Shown here: positions 1-13,530 of the stretch, piece by piece
How the letters are laid out: each line of letters begins with the position of its first letter
Numbering within the stretch: position 1 is the first letter of the stretch
From: Nageia nagi
Taxonomy: Eukaryota > Plantae > Pinophyta
DNA: 64,000 bases
Reading direction: 5' to 3'
Assembly (NCBI GenBank): GCA_050084985.1
Contig: JBITNC010000001.1
Span: 174,902,001 to 174,966,000, forward strand
Notes under the pieces: model-generated
What the model was told of the DNA's origin: nothing
The model's database searches: none
What the model saw: the letters and a program-made list of their open reading frames with translations, nothing else
Program-made: the position numbers and the translations under genes

Positions 1-560
1 AGAAAGCATAGCATGATCAACAAATCAATAATCAACAATTTGATGTCAATGATCAAATCCTCTTATACTGTAGCCATTATAAACATCGAATAAGAAAGTT
101 AAAATTCAATGGTTAGGGCCGTATATAGTGGAGAATATAAAAGGTGAAGGAATAATATAATTAAATGCACTCAATGTCCATATTTGCCAAGGATTTGTCA
201 ATGGCCATAGATTGAAGAAATAAATTCCTCGAGAATAGGGACCACCATAATAAAAAAAAAACTACATTATCAAATATGTATCATACCATTAGTAGGTACA
301 AAAATAACTATTACAAAAAGGGGAGATATATTTAATTAGAAATATTCACCACATATTCTACTCCATTACATTAGATATCAACGATAAACCATATTAAGTT
401 GGGGAGAACTATTTATAATAAAACTACTAGCTATACAAGATTATACATAGAGGTCATGTTTCCATCCATATTCAGATCAAGAACAAAGGTGAAAAAGAGA
501 TAATAGAAGCAATAATTATACTACATATTTTATCATCAATGTTGATTTTAAGAACTATGA
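1..560 (-). mobile_element. Highly decayed L1-type LINE fragment (RT N-terminal region)
   Basis: Minus-strand remnants resembling 'LQSM..DKAPGPDG' (~175-215) and 'RPI.L.N..YK' (~60-120). No intact ORF; boundaries approximate. Confidence 0.3.
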
Positions 561-619
561 TATTCATATGGTAAATTCCAAATGGAATCAAAATTCACTT
601 TATTCGAGACCAATAATAG

Positions 620-3600
620 AGAAATAGTGACTTTTTCACATTTATCATATCATGAGATAATCACCTACATTCTACCATAAACCAAAGCCATTCATCTAAC
701 TTTCCATCAATAACTCCATCACCTTCAATTAGTCATGTCATTAGAGCCTCCACATCCATAATCATAAATAGACTCAATCATCAAAATATCAAAAAGGCAT
801 AAAACATTATAAAAAAAATTACCACCCCATACACCAATTTATAGCCATAATCGTTCCAAGCAAATTCAATTACAACATGGTGATATATATTAACTTTTTT
901 CCACCCCACTAAACTCACATGATCTCAAGATTAATTGTAATTTAAATCAAATATTTTACTACACATCAAAAATCAACCATACCTAATGTGGTGCATTGTA
1001 CCAAACACTAAGATAATTCAAACAAAATAGGCACACTTGTCAAAGCATTCTCATTCACAGTAAGCAACTTGGGCCCAATTGTTGAGAACCAAACATAATA
1101 AAAATTAAAACAACCAAATTTATAAATACCAAGATAATAATGATATATAATAATTGTCATATATTTTTAAAAACCACTTGGTTTTACATGCAAATCACTT
1201 ATTCAAACAAACTTATAAATTCTAGTCCTTTGAGACAAACAAATATGAAATATATAAAAGCAAGAATCGTACATAAATGATTTACAAAAATAGTAGTGCA
1301 AGAGGAAGGATATCATGGAACCAAAAAGGAAATAACCTCCATCATTCCAAGGATTCATATAGGAAACATTAGAATATCATTTTATGGGGGTATTGCTGGG
1401 AGAGCAAGGGATTAAAGAATCAATAGAGTACATACAGTATCTAAAGCTAAGTTATCCTAACATCTGAGAGGTAGAAGATGATCAAAAATATTTTACACAA
1501 GAGGGAGTTGATCTATTTAATAGTATGTATTTGTAAAACTTAGTCAATATGCCAAAGTTCTATAGCTATGATCAGGTTGTCAAATTTATTTGTAGCTAAT
1601 TTCATAAAAAATAAGCTTTGGCTAGATAAACCATATGAGATCATAATGGTAGTCATCGAGTAGATTATCAAGTTGAAATAAAAAGGGGAGAAGCATCTAC
1701 ACCTAAAACACAAGTGTAACCCCATTAAAGCCAAAGAAGTTGAGATGCTTATGGAATAAAAATAAATACTAGGTCTATAGAGCTAGGGATGATTATGTTG
1801 AATTTATTTTGAGTTGCAACAATAATCATCACCAAACATTTGTATTTAAATAATAACCATAACTATATCACCATTGTATAATATGAAATGGCATACAATA
1901 TCATGCATAATAGATTCTAGTACCACCTTGCTAATATCCACCTTGCCTAGTTGTACCAAAATGATGTAGCAATAAAGTTAAATGCAAAGAAAACTATCAA
2001 TTTAAAATATGGCTTATTTCTAGTCTTAAAAGCAATGTATTTCTTACAAATATTCTCATTTTAACAACCAATTACTACTAAACTAGGAAAAGAAAATGAA
2101 GGAAAATAAGTAGTTAGCATAATGGAAATGGATGACATTAATAACACCTACCCTTTGGTTGAAGAGTATAAGGACGTCAATATCCAGAATACCAACACTA
2201 CAAAATATTATTCAAGATCATACAAGAATTCTAGAGAGATCCCTCATTAAAGTCAAGAATACTAACGATAAAATTTACTTGTTAGTGATGGCTAATAAAA
2301 TCCTTACCATAAGTAAAGATGAGTCATAGGATTTCATCAACTTACAACTCCCATACCAGGTCGATTAAAAATAGTGTTGGGAAATCTTTGAATACTTGAA
2401 AAGTTATCAAGCTAGTGAGAGTGGACCATCAAATCAATAACATAGCAAAAGTCAAGCCCAAGTTTACTTAGTCTCTTCATCATCTCCTTCTAATAGTGAC
2501 TCAAAAAGGAAGTAGCCATAATTATCTGAGGACTTAAAGGATTACATCCCATTGAACTAATGATGGACTATACACTAGAAACCAACAAGTATAAAGGACA
2601 TCAATTTCATTTTAAGCATTGAAGTTAATAAGGATCCATCAGAGTTAACAATGAAGATAACTCAAATCTAATCCATTATAATAATAGATGATAGGTTGAT
2701 TCCAGAATTTGTAACTTCAACTATAACCACTCCAGTTATTTTAGATCCATTACCATCATCAGTACTAACTATGATATTAATCACTGAATATGACCTAAAA
2801 ACCATCCTTAGATCCTACCATTTTAATTCAAATTCCACAAACATCTTTAGTCTTTTCCTTTGTTAATACCATCATTCCTATTAATATTTACATAATCCTA
2901 GTAGATAGACCATCAAGTAACCAAAAACCATTTAGACACTATTCTTAAAAAATGAATAATAAATACCCTTGAACTTAACTTGCCCCATAGTCTTACAATA
3001 GATCCATATACAAATTTATTAAGCCACATAAACTCTTTATCTCTAATGATCACATAATAAGAACTCAACATTATGCCTTAGCCAATGTCATCCACTTCTC
3101 ATTGTTAGATCATATCCTGATAAGAAATATACTTAATCAAAATATAGAAAATTTTATCCATACCTAAGAATTCCAACACTAAGACCTCACAAAAATAGTC
3201 AAATCTCTTTTCCACTAACTCCAACAAAATGTTTTATACCCTTTTATTCCATCGATAAATTTGACCAACTGAATAAACTAGCTCCTCTCAACCTTGATAT
3301 CCAAAATAGACCAACCACCCAATAATTCAAATCTTTTAGTCAAAATACAAGAGAAATTACCATCTTTGAAAATCAATGCTACTAGTACTCCTCATCAATA
3401 CTTAAAGCAATGATCAAATATCACAAATAGATGATCGATAAAATCCAACAACATAGCAAGATAGAGCTAGAGAAACTAATAATGACCTATAAAGAAGAGA
3501 TCAAATAATGTAAAGCTAAGATCAACCAACTCAAAAAAAAAAAAAAAGAGGGAGTAACAAGAAGAAATCAATCAAATCCAAGAACAACACAAAAAGGAGG

Positions 3601-4500
3601 TGATCAAAATCAATCACCTTTAGATAGAGTATCTCCTAATATAAAAAAATCAATGGGAAGAGGAGATTGATTAATTGAAAAGTGAATGATAAGTAGTGGA
3701 ATAATAACTCTAGGAAGCATAACAACAATGCTAACAAGACCTAGAATAATACCAGCAAGTATAGATAGAGGTTGACTAACTACAAAAAGAACTAAAAGGC
3801 TTGCTAGAGATAAAATCAAAAATGCATCAACTCAATTAAGAGATAGAAAAAGTAATAGAGTTGCAATTTCAATTAAATCAAATCCATTATCAATAATAAG
3901 AGTAATTTACATAAATTAAGGAAGCCCTCCAATATTATGTAACTTTGGTCTAATTCAACCTCAATAATTATAGATCCATTTGCACCAATATTCATAATTT
4001 CATAAAAATGTAATACCTAATGAAGACTACTGACATTGATTAGGGAATGGCTAAAATCCAACCCAAGGAATCAAAGCTCCAAAAAATAGTTCTTATTACC
4101 ACCTAGAAACCTCACTGAACTTAATAACATTAAGCAAAAAGTGTTAGAGTTATTGGACCAAAGAGAGGAAAGGATCAAGACAAGCCAAAATATAACTAGG
4201 GAACTACCGAAAATCAACTATGTCCACCAAACATAATTAGCTCAGGTAGAATATCTATTGACCAAAGGAATAAAAGATAATTATCAAGCAATATAGGTCA
4301 AAGCATAGCTCAATAAAATCATACAATAAATCACACATGATATAGTTGTTTAACTACTTCAATAGATAACTTATTAAAAAAAAACCCCAATTCAACTCTG
4401 TTGATCCCCTACCTACCACTCTAGTTCATATACAATAACAACTACAACCACTTTCCCAAAAACATCACATTGTTGATGTAGAAAAAGAGAATTGGTTTAT
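620..4500 (-). mobile_element. Decayed L1-type non-LTR retrotransposon (endonuclease-RT-RNase H remnants)
   Basis: Minus strand reads IQMFGDDYV at ~1818-1845 (YADD-type RT motif), GTTRQGG at ~1935-1957 (GxRQG), an 'LKLDISKA'-like segment at ~2010-2040 and a 'W..RN.VVF'-like segment at ~1165-1200, in LINE order. Many stops and frameshifts; boundaries approximate. Confidence 0.5.
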
Positions 4501-4859
4501 CCCTTGGTACAAACTAAAAATGTAAAAGCACCAAATGGTTGTATGTAGCAAAGGAAGGATAAAACCAAGTTTTTAATTGATTGTATATAGTTTTATTTTG
4601 AAATTAAATAGAAGAAAAAGAAGGATGTTGTGTGGAATATTGATGCGATGAATGTGTGAAGAATATAATTAAACTAATAATATAGGTTAGCAAGGGAGAA
4701 AAAATAGATACAAAGAGTAAATTAAAGATTTTTCATAATAATAAGAAGTTAAAAATGGTTAAAGGATAACTTTAGAATGGTTAAGAAAAAATGACACAAC
4801 TAAAAAGCAAATTGTTATGAGATTCACTATAAGAAGAAGAAAGCAATGCATAAATCAAG

Positions 4860-5190
4860 CAAGGAGGATTTCTCAGTAAATTTCCTGTAATAAGGAAGAT
4901 ACCACCCATCATAATAAATATATAATTACTCACATATTATATTATGAATCCTATAATGAATTTCACCACCCTAAAGAGTTATTCTCCTATGTATAACTTG
5001 ATATTAATAGTTTTCTAATGTCTCCATATCAGATCAAAAGCCTAATTACTCAGATGAGTTATCAACCCAAAGTAAATGGATGGGAAATGATCATAAAAGG
5101 GGAAGACTTACCCATTTTAGTAGATGCCCATATGATATTTCTATAATATGAATGGGAGTTCATTAAATTAAGGCTTTCCATCATGAGTTA
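4860..5190 (+). mobile_element. Decayed LINE ORF2 segment, apparently continued at 13531-14700 after the Tat insertion
   Basis: Weak similarity to the post-RT LINE region (LKS...P.Y; W..GG-like) that stops at the LTR edge 5191. Confidence 0.25.
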
Positions 5191-5826
5191 TGTAGATCTC
5201 AAATAGTGCATATATAGTATAATCAATGTACTATTTGTCTACAATAATTTATTGAATCATATATTATAAATATGGTAACAACAAATAATAACAATCAATG
5301 TACCTTCATTACAATCACATAATCATCATGTAAATACATCCATTCATCAAATATGAGCATGCATTTATCCATATACATGCTGCTAACGGCCCATAAGTGC
5401 TACATTGTTGACTTCATGAAATAAGCAATATTATGAATAGAATAAAAAGTGTGCAAGAGTGAAATGAAGGGTTTAATAGATCTATGTAGAGGTGGTGTTA
5501 CAAAACATTATTGTTGGTAGGATAGAGTGATATTGCATTCGTTGGAGTCTCTCTAGGATCTTTAATGCCCTCACATGATCATTTTCCATGTTTCCTTTGA
5601 TGTTTTTATATAGCAACATCCCTGTCTTCTTGGATTCTTGGGATCATTGCAAATTACATCACTTAAGAAGTATTTTTAGGCATTTTATCCCTTATTACAT
5701 TGTACAATGGTCCATTATATTGATTATGTTACCTTGGGTATTATTTTAACCCTTTTTACAATAAACATCCTTGAATCTATAAAATGAATTATTTAATAAA
5801 TAATAATTCATTTTTAGGTGTCTACA
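5191..5826 (-). repeat. 3' LTR of Tat element
   Basis: TGTAGA...TCTACA termini; direct repeat of 12894-13530. Confidence 0.9.
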
Positions 5827-5840
5827 TTTTACCCCTCTTT
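5827..5840 (-). other. Polypurine tract of Tat element
   Basis: Minus strand AAAGAGGGGTAAAA immediately precedes the LTR TG. Confidence 0.8.
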
Positions 5841-6481
5841 GGAGGTGTGATTGAAGTAATGAAATTACATGTCCAAAGAAGAAATTTAGAAGAAAATGTT
5901 TGAGAACTTTAAACTCTTTACTACACTATCACTTGATGTTGATGATGATGGTGAGAGTCCTTTTGCTTCCCACTTTTGGTTTGGATGCCCCAAGAAAGGT
6001 CCTTGAGTGGTGCAATGAAGGAAAATTTTGAATAACTATGTATCTTCAACTATTATGATGTCTTTGTTCTAGAAGGAACTCTACTATTAGGTAGTCTTAC
6101 AATCCCATGTCCATTCTTTGAAATGAAATCTTTCTCTTTGCCCCTTACACAATTCAACCATGAATCTAATGATTCCCTTATGTTCGATACGTAGGAACCT
6201 ATCGCACTTATGTTCATACCTTGAAATAAAGGAGGTTGCCTTTTGTTTTATCAAATTATCAATGAGCTACATGTTATTAATGATACAGGAATAATGAGTA
6301 CACCTTTAACAGTATTGGTTTCTTTATGCTTTTTTCTATCCTTCATGATGTAGATACCTACAAAAAGGTATTAATCATACCCTACATAAAATATTATGGA
6401 TTCGTAATGAGGTGCATCATCCATTGATGATGAGTCAATGTCAACGATCTACTTACAGTTACATCATCGATTTGTCATTTA

Positions 6482-6690
6482 AGTGAGTGAACTCTCACTA
6501 GCTATTTCATTGGCCATCAATGGTCATATGTTTTATGTCTATGACCCGAATACATTATGCTTTGTATGGTTCAAAGAAAAAACCATGTGGATACATAGTA
6601 ATTTTCATTTTATACTTTTGAGTGAACTCTCACTAGCTGTATCATTGGCCATCAGTGACCTTGTATTTTATGTTCATGGTTTGAAGATAT
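6482..6690. repeat. Two-copy ~134-bp-period repeat in Tat 3' UTR
   Basis: GAGTGAACTCTCACTAGCT.T.TCATTGGCCATCA.TG occurs at ~6485 and ~6620. Confidence 0.7.
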
Positions 6691-6839
6691 TATACTATCA
6701 TCATTTTGTTTTCATGCTGCTAGCATTGTATAGATAGTAATATACTTCATTAGCTAAATGGGTACAATATTGTATGTTGAAAAAACTAAAAAAGTACAAT
6801 AAAATATAGGTACCTTGATCTATATTTTTAACATTCTAT

Positions 6840-9800
6840 AATTATAAAGCGACTGCTTCTATGCATAGAATCATTTTATATGGGTGGTATTAAAGTTCTT
6901 AGGTTCTTCTTTGCCATCCATGGATGATAACTTATATGCCCATTAATCCTATTGCTTCCACAACAACATAAGGCCCTAGCCAATTAGGTTCAAATTTTCT
7001 TTTTACCTCATCATTTGTTGTTGTTTTATTGATATTCTCTTTTAACACTAGATCTCCCACATTAAAGTCTTTAGCTTTTATCTTTTTCCCAAATGCTCTC
7101 TTGAGTTTTACATGATATACCTTCCAATGCTCAATGACTCTGATTCTCTTTTTATCAAATAATTCCAACTATTGTAACCTTACTTTTCTTATTCCTTCAT
7201 AAAAAATTTCTCCTTGTAATGAGATCCTAAGTGATGGGATCTCCAATTCTAATTGTACACTAGCTTCATCCCCATACACTAATGAGAAAGGTGTTGCCCT
7301 AATGGCTATCCTAAAGTTGATCCTATATGCCCATAATACATATGGAAGTTTTTCATTCCAATCCTTCTTATACTTATCCCATGTTTTTGATAGAATGCTT
7401 TTAATAGTCTTGTTGGTGGCTTCATCTTGACCATTTCCTTGAGGATAATAAACTAAAAAAAATGTTTACACAATATGAAAATTTTTGCAAATGCTTTCAT
7501 GTCCTTACCTTTAAAATTAGGCCCATTATCCATAATCAATCATTGTGGTACATCAAACCTTGTGATAATTTTTTTAGTAAGGAATGCAATGATCCTATCT
7601 TGAGTGATTGACTTCATTGGAATAGCCTCAACCCATTTAGTAGTAAACTCAGTAGTTGTGATGAAAAACTTGTGAACTTCCTTTGAATGAGGGTTAATTA
7701 AACTAATCAAATCAATGTCCCAAGTAACAAATGGCTATGGAGAGACAATGGAATGCAACTCTTGGGTGGGTTGCTTTTCTAAATTTGCATGTTTTTGACA
7801 TTGTAAGCAAGTTTTTACATGGGCTTTGCAATCTTCCTCCATAGTAGGCCAATAATATCTAATTCTTAAAATTTTTGTATACAAAGCTTTGGCATGAAAA
7901 TTTCCACCATACAAACCATCATGAGCTTTTTCTATTGCGGTAACTATCTCATGTTGAGTTAAACAATGCAATAAAGCATCATAAAATGACCTTCTATATA
8001 AAATATCACCAATTATGACATACCTTATGGAAGTTATCTTCAATCTCACTTTTTCATTTCAATCAAAACTATCAAGAATTGGTTGATTCTTCAAGTAATT
8101 ATAGATATCAAAATACCAATTCTAAAAATCATTCTTCTTTATAATCAAATAGGTGTGAATTTCATGCATACCTTCAATATAAGGAGAGCTCAACTTATGA
8201 ATTGTCAAAATAGTCTCCTCATCTTCAATTTCAATTGGCACAAGAGAAGCTGCACTTTCCATGGCATCTATGTACCTATTATTAGTCCTTGAGATATTCT
8301 AAATAGTATATCTATCAAACTAATCTAATAAATCATCAACTACCAATTTATAGGGCTTTAACTTTTCATATTTTGTATCAAAAATATCTCGTATTTGGTT
8401 GATGACAAGCTGTGAATCCCTATATATCTCTATGTCCTTAATTTTTAATGTAATACTAGCTTTCAAGCTCAATATTAATGCCTCATATTCAGCCATATTA
8501 TTTGTACACTCAAAACCAAGTTTATAGGCCATAAGGATTACCTCATTTGTAGGAGATACTAATATAAAACCTACCCTTACTCCATAAGAACATTTTGAAC
8601 CATTGAAGTATAGTACTCATACAGTAGGCTTATCTTCCATGAGGCATAAGTGTTCATTAAGTATAAATATTTCATCAAATTCATGTCACTGGTAGCCTTC
8701 TATCAAACCTTCACACCATTATCATCATGGATCATCTTCATATTCATCTAGAAATTCTTCATGCATTAGTGACTCTCCATTTTGAGGAAATTCAGCTATC
8801 AAATTTGCAATGGTATGTCCTTTAATTGACTTCTACTTTGCGACATTGATATCAAATTCTTGCAATAACATCATTCATTTTGCTACTCTTCCTACTAAAT
8901 GTTGTTTAACCATAAGATATTTCAATGGATTAATAGGACTAACAACAAATGTAGTGTAGTATAATAGATAATGCCTCAATTTTTAAGTAGCAAATATGAT
9001 AACATAGTAAAGTTTTTCCATTGGGGTATATCTAATCTCATAATCTATCAATGTCTTGTGAAGATAATAAATAGCCCTCTCTTTATTTTTTAAATCTTTT
9101 AGACAAAATATTTCCTCCAATGCATATAATGTAGCAAAGATATATAAATAAGTAGGCTTGGTGAAGTCCATGGGAACTAGGATTAGTGAATTTAACAAAT
9201 ATTTTTAATATCCTCAAAAGTTTTTTGATATTTATCATCACATACAAACTTTACATCCTTATTTAATAGATGAGTAAATGGCCTACACTTATCCCCAATA
9301 TGTGAAATAAACCTTCTAACTAAATTGATTTTTCCTTGAAGACCCCTCAATTATTTCAAATTTCTTGGTGGAGGCATACAAATTATTACATTCACTTTCT
9401 TAGGATCTACCTTTATTCCTCTTATAGAAACCATGAATCCTAACAATTTTCTTTAAGTAACTCCAAATGCACACTTTTGAGGTTTGAGTCTAAGTTTATA
9501 CCTTTTCAAGATGTTAAATACTTTCTCAAGTGCTTGTAGGTGATCTTGGCCTTGTTTTGTTTTAACCAAGATCTCATCAACAAATACCTCAATTATCTTG
9601 TAAATATGTTCATGGAACATGGTGACCATAGCCCTTTGATAGGTATCCCTTACATTTTTAAGTCCAAAAGGCATAACCTTTCAACAAAAATTACCTCATG
9701 GAGTAGTAAAATTTGTTTTATATTGGTCAGTCAGATTGATCAATATTTGATTGTAAATGGAAAATCCATCCATAAAAGATAATGTATCATGACTAGCTAT

Positions 9801-12790
9801 ACTATCCATAATCATATCAATACTTGGTAATGGAAAATCATCCTTAGGACATGCATTATTGATATATCTAAAATTAGTACATACCTGAATTTCACCAGTT
9901 TGCTTGGAAACAAGGATAATGTTAGCCATCCACTTAGAATAATCAATAGACTTGATAACTACAACATTCAAATATTTCTCAATTTCTTTCTTGACTAACA
10001 ATGCCTTATAAGGATGCATTTTTCATGGCTTTTTCTTAATTGGCTTAGCATCCTTTTTTAGTGGCAAATTATGCATAATAAAGGAAGGATCTAAACCAGG
10101 TATATCAGTGTAAGACCAAGAAAAATTCTTAATATGTTCAATAAATTTATTTTTGTATCTTTCTTGTTGCAAGGGAGGTATAGCTACTCTAATTTGCAAT
10201 AATTTTTCCTCATCCATGGTTCCAATATTGATATTCACCAACTCTTCTGCTGGAAATGTAAGCTCTTCTTTCTTTATTAGGAAAGAAGGTAACTCCTCTA
10301 ATCCCTGTATATTAGTATCATCACCATCCATGGGTTGAACTTGAAAAACTTCATTAAAATTTATCTTGCTTACATTTTTTTTTCATTAGATTTAGGAAAC
10401 TCTAAATGTACCCCAAAATATTCAAGAATATCATCATTAATAGTAAAATAATCAAATTCAAGTGGAAGAGGATCATAAATCCATAAATATTTATCAATAT
10501 CATCAGATAATTCAATCAAATTGCACTCTTTAACAAACTTAATTGGTCCCCATCTTTGTTTTACACTTCCATCACTACCCAATCCTATTTTGGTCATTTG
10601 AGCTTTAGAGTTATCAAGAAAAGTAGACATTCCTTGTTCATTTCTACCTAAGCCTCCCCCTTTATAATTACAATTTTGTACCATGTATTTATTAACAAAA
10701 GGAGATGGAAAAAGTTTACCCATCTTAGATGATGATGGTGCTTGTATTGAAGGAGTTTAAGTAGGTGCGACAATAAATAAGTCTACACCTTTTAACGGAT
10801 GTAAACAAGTCTACACCTTCAATTTTGTATGAACCCATTCCTGTTTCCATGATTTGAACATGCTTTTCTATACTTACCCCTAGTTTGGCAAATTCCAAGG
10901 GCTTAATTTCATATCTTGGAGTTGTCATTACAAGGTCATCAAATTTTGTTACATTACATAAGGCATAGGACTCAAGATCTCCTAGTATTATATGCACCTC
11001 ACCCTAAAATTAAAATTTCAATCACCCATGCTGAGTAGATGGGACTACATCCATGTAATGAAGTCAAGGCCTTCCAAAAAGCATATTATAGGATAATTTT
11101 GAATCCACTACTTGGAATTTAGCTTCTATTGTCCTTACAACTATAGTTATCATAATTTTAACTATCCCTACTAGTTTTTTAGATGAACTATCATAAGCTC
11201 TAATATTGAATGTAGCTTCTTCTAATGGAGAGACTTCTACACCTTTTTCTTGCAATTGAGTCAAAATGCAATGGGAACATACATTCACAGTTTATCCATT
11301 ATCTACCATTGTCCTTTTAATTTCCCATTCATCAATGAAAGGTATGATATACAAATCTAAACATTCATCAAGCATTTCTTTATTTAATTTTTCATATTTA
11401 TAAAAGGAAATAGCATCACATTCTTGTAGAACCCTAAGCTTCTTAGAAAATATGGTGGCTGACATATTAGTAGGAATAGTTTCTTTTTTAAACAAAGCAT
11501 ATAGAATCTCTCTGTGTGTTGCAAATGTAGAAATGATATCATACAAGCTAATTTTTACAAGTGTATTCTTTAACTTTTCAATCATACTATATGTCTTTGT
11601 ATTAGGTGGGATACTTACTATTCTATAGTAATTAGACTAGGAACATGGCATGGATGTCCTCTTCTTAACCCAACACACACCTCCTTGTCAACTATAATGG
11701 TATTAATTGTATGGCTTGGATTGGAAGCAATTTCATTAATTTGATATTTTCCTTGAGTAATAAGATTCAATATAGCAGCTTCCAATGACTTGCAAAAATT
11801 TGTAACATGTCCCTTCCTTTGGTGATATGTGCAATAAGCATCAAATCATCCTATTGGAATATTATCATCTTGTGTAGATCTTTCTATAGGCTGTAATAGT
11901 TCATTTTTCATGAGATCTCTCATAATAAACCTTGGCTAAATTGGAAATGTGTATGTAAAATCTTTAGTAGTGGATGATCTTTGCAATTTTGGAGGAGAAG
12001 TAGGTTTTCTAGCCATATATACAATTTTCTCTTCTTTCTTGGTATATGTACATCTATTATCTTTATTCAACAGATTGCATGCATATTTGAGTTCACCCAA
12101 TGCAAGCAATATCTTTATTGCTAGGAGCATGCAAATTAAGAATAGGTACAATGGAATCTCAAAAAATAGCATAAATTTCATTCTCATCTAATTTGCTTTG
12201 AACAAATTACCATAACTTTTTTAAATTATGGGATGTACTTCTCTAAGGTTTCATTACCCCCTTGTCTCATTACGCATATTTTTGTAATAGTGCTTTGATA
12301 TTTGATATTGTGCTTATATTGGTCCATAAAGAGCTTAACCAATGACTTGAATTAATCAATTGAACCACCAGGAAAATTATAGAACCATTGACTAGAGTCA
12401 TCTTTAAAACTCCTTGGGAAGAACTTTACAATCAACTTCTCCTTCAACCCTAATTTCAACAAGCATTCCTTCTAAAAGCTGATAAGATGTTGTTTTGGGT
12501 CTTGTTCACCACTAAACATTTTGAACTTGGGGGCCTTATGCTCAAGTGGTAGGTAAAAATTATAGATCTCCTCATACAAGGTTGAGGTAAAGACACCATC
12601 ATATTCATCTACACTTTGTTGTAGTATGATAGAAGTTGGTCCAACTAAGGGAGTAGGATTAGATTTGATTGAGATACTAAAAGCACTAAGATCATTAAGT
12701 TGTCTCTTTAATCCATCATGTTTCGTAGTTAGTTCTTTCAACATTTGCACCATTTATGATATATGTTCTATTTTTACACCATTGATGACC
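6840..12790 (-). pseudogene. Disrupted gag-pol polyprotein of Tat element
   Basis: ORF fragments 12472-12753, 11292-11585, 11064-11288, 10370-10723, 10023-10331, 9696-10019, 9453-9674, 8983-9198, 8320-8532, 7735-8049 and 6932-7168 are collinear retrotransposon domains. Confidence 0.9.
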
Positions 12791-12874
12791 TAGGAATAGC
12801 TATAAACATCACTAACAATGTAGATCTACTACAAAATTCTCACAAGATCTCACTAGGAGGGTAAGATAAATTAA

Positions 12875-12890
12875 ATAGATGGGTTTACCA
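12875..12890 (-). other. Primer-binding site (degenerate, probably tRNA-Trp)
   Basis: Minus strand TGGTAAACCCATC starts 3 nt after the 5' LTR and resembles TGGTGAACCCGAC, the complement of the plant tRNA-Trp 3' end as recalled. Confidence 0.5.
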
Positions 12891-12893
12891 AAA

Positions 12894-13530
12894 TGTATAC
12901 CTCAAATACTACATAAATAGTATAATCAACATACTCTTTTTCTATAATAATTGATTGAAGCATATATCAAAAATATGGCAACAACGAACAATAATAATCA
13001 ATCTACCTTCATTGCAATCGCATAAGCATCATGTAAAGCCATCCATTCATCAAATACAAGCATGCATTCATCCATATGCATGCCGCCAATGACCCATAAG
13101 TGCTTTGTTATTGGCTTCATGAAATAAGCAATATTATGAATAGAATAAAAAGTGGGCAAGAGCAAAATGAAGGGTTTAATAGATCTATACAAAGGTGATG
13201 TTACAAAACATTATTGTTGGTAGGATAAAGTGATATTGCATTTATTAGTGTCTCTCTAGAATCTTTGATTCCTTCATAGGATCCTTTTGTGCATTGCCTT
13301 AGATGTTTTTGTATAGCAACATCCTTGTCTTCTTGTATTCTTGGGATCATTGCATATTACATCACTTGAGGAGTCTTTTGAGGCATTTGACCCCTTATTA
13401 CATTGTACAATGGTCCATTATATTGATTAGATTGCCTTGGGTATTATTTTAACCCTTTTTACAATAAACATCCTTGAAACTATAAAATGAATTATTTAAT
13501 AAATAATAATTCATTTTTTGACATCTACTA
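12894..13530 (-). repeat. 5' LTR of Tat element
   Basis: Direct repeat of 5191-5826; end degenerate (..ACATCTACTA); no clear TSD. Confidence 0.88.

Larger units (their letters stand above)
5191..13530 (-). mobile_element. Ty3/gypsy LTR retrotransposon, Tat superclade (GAG-PR-Gpatch-RT-RH-aRH-INT), decayed
   Basis: Two ~635-bp direct repeats, a PPT and a PBS flank minus-strand ORF fragments: gag (HKAPKFKMFSGEQDPKQHL), PR (RTMVDNG...MLFGRP), RT (DDFPLP, MDGFS, MPFGLKN, FVDE), RH, additional RNase H (TNNMAEYEALI...DSQLVINQ) and integrase (H-H-C-C, KFEPNWLGPY). Confidence 0.92.
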
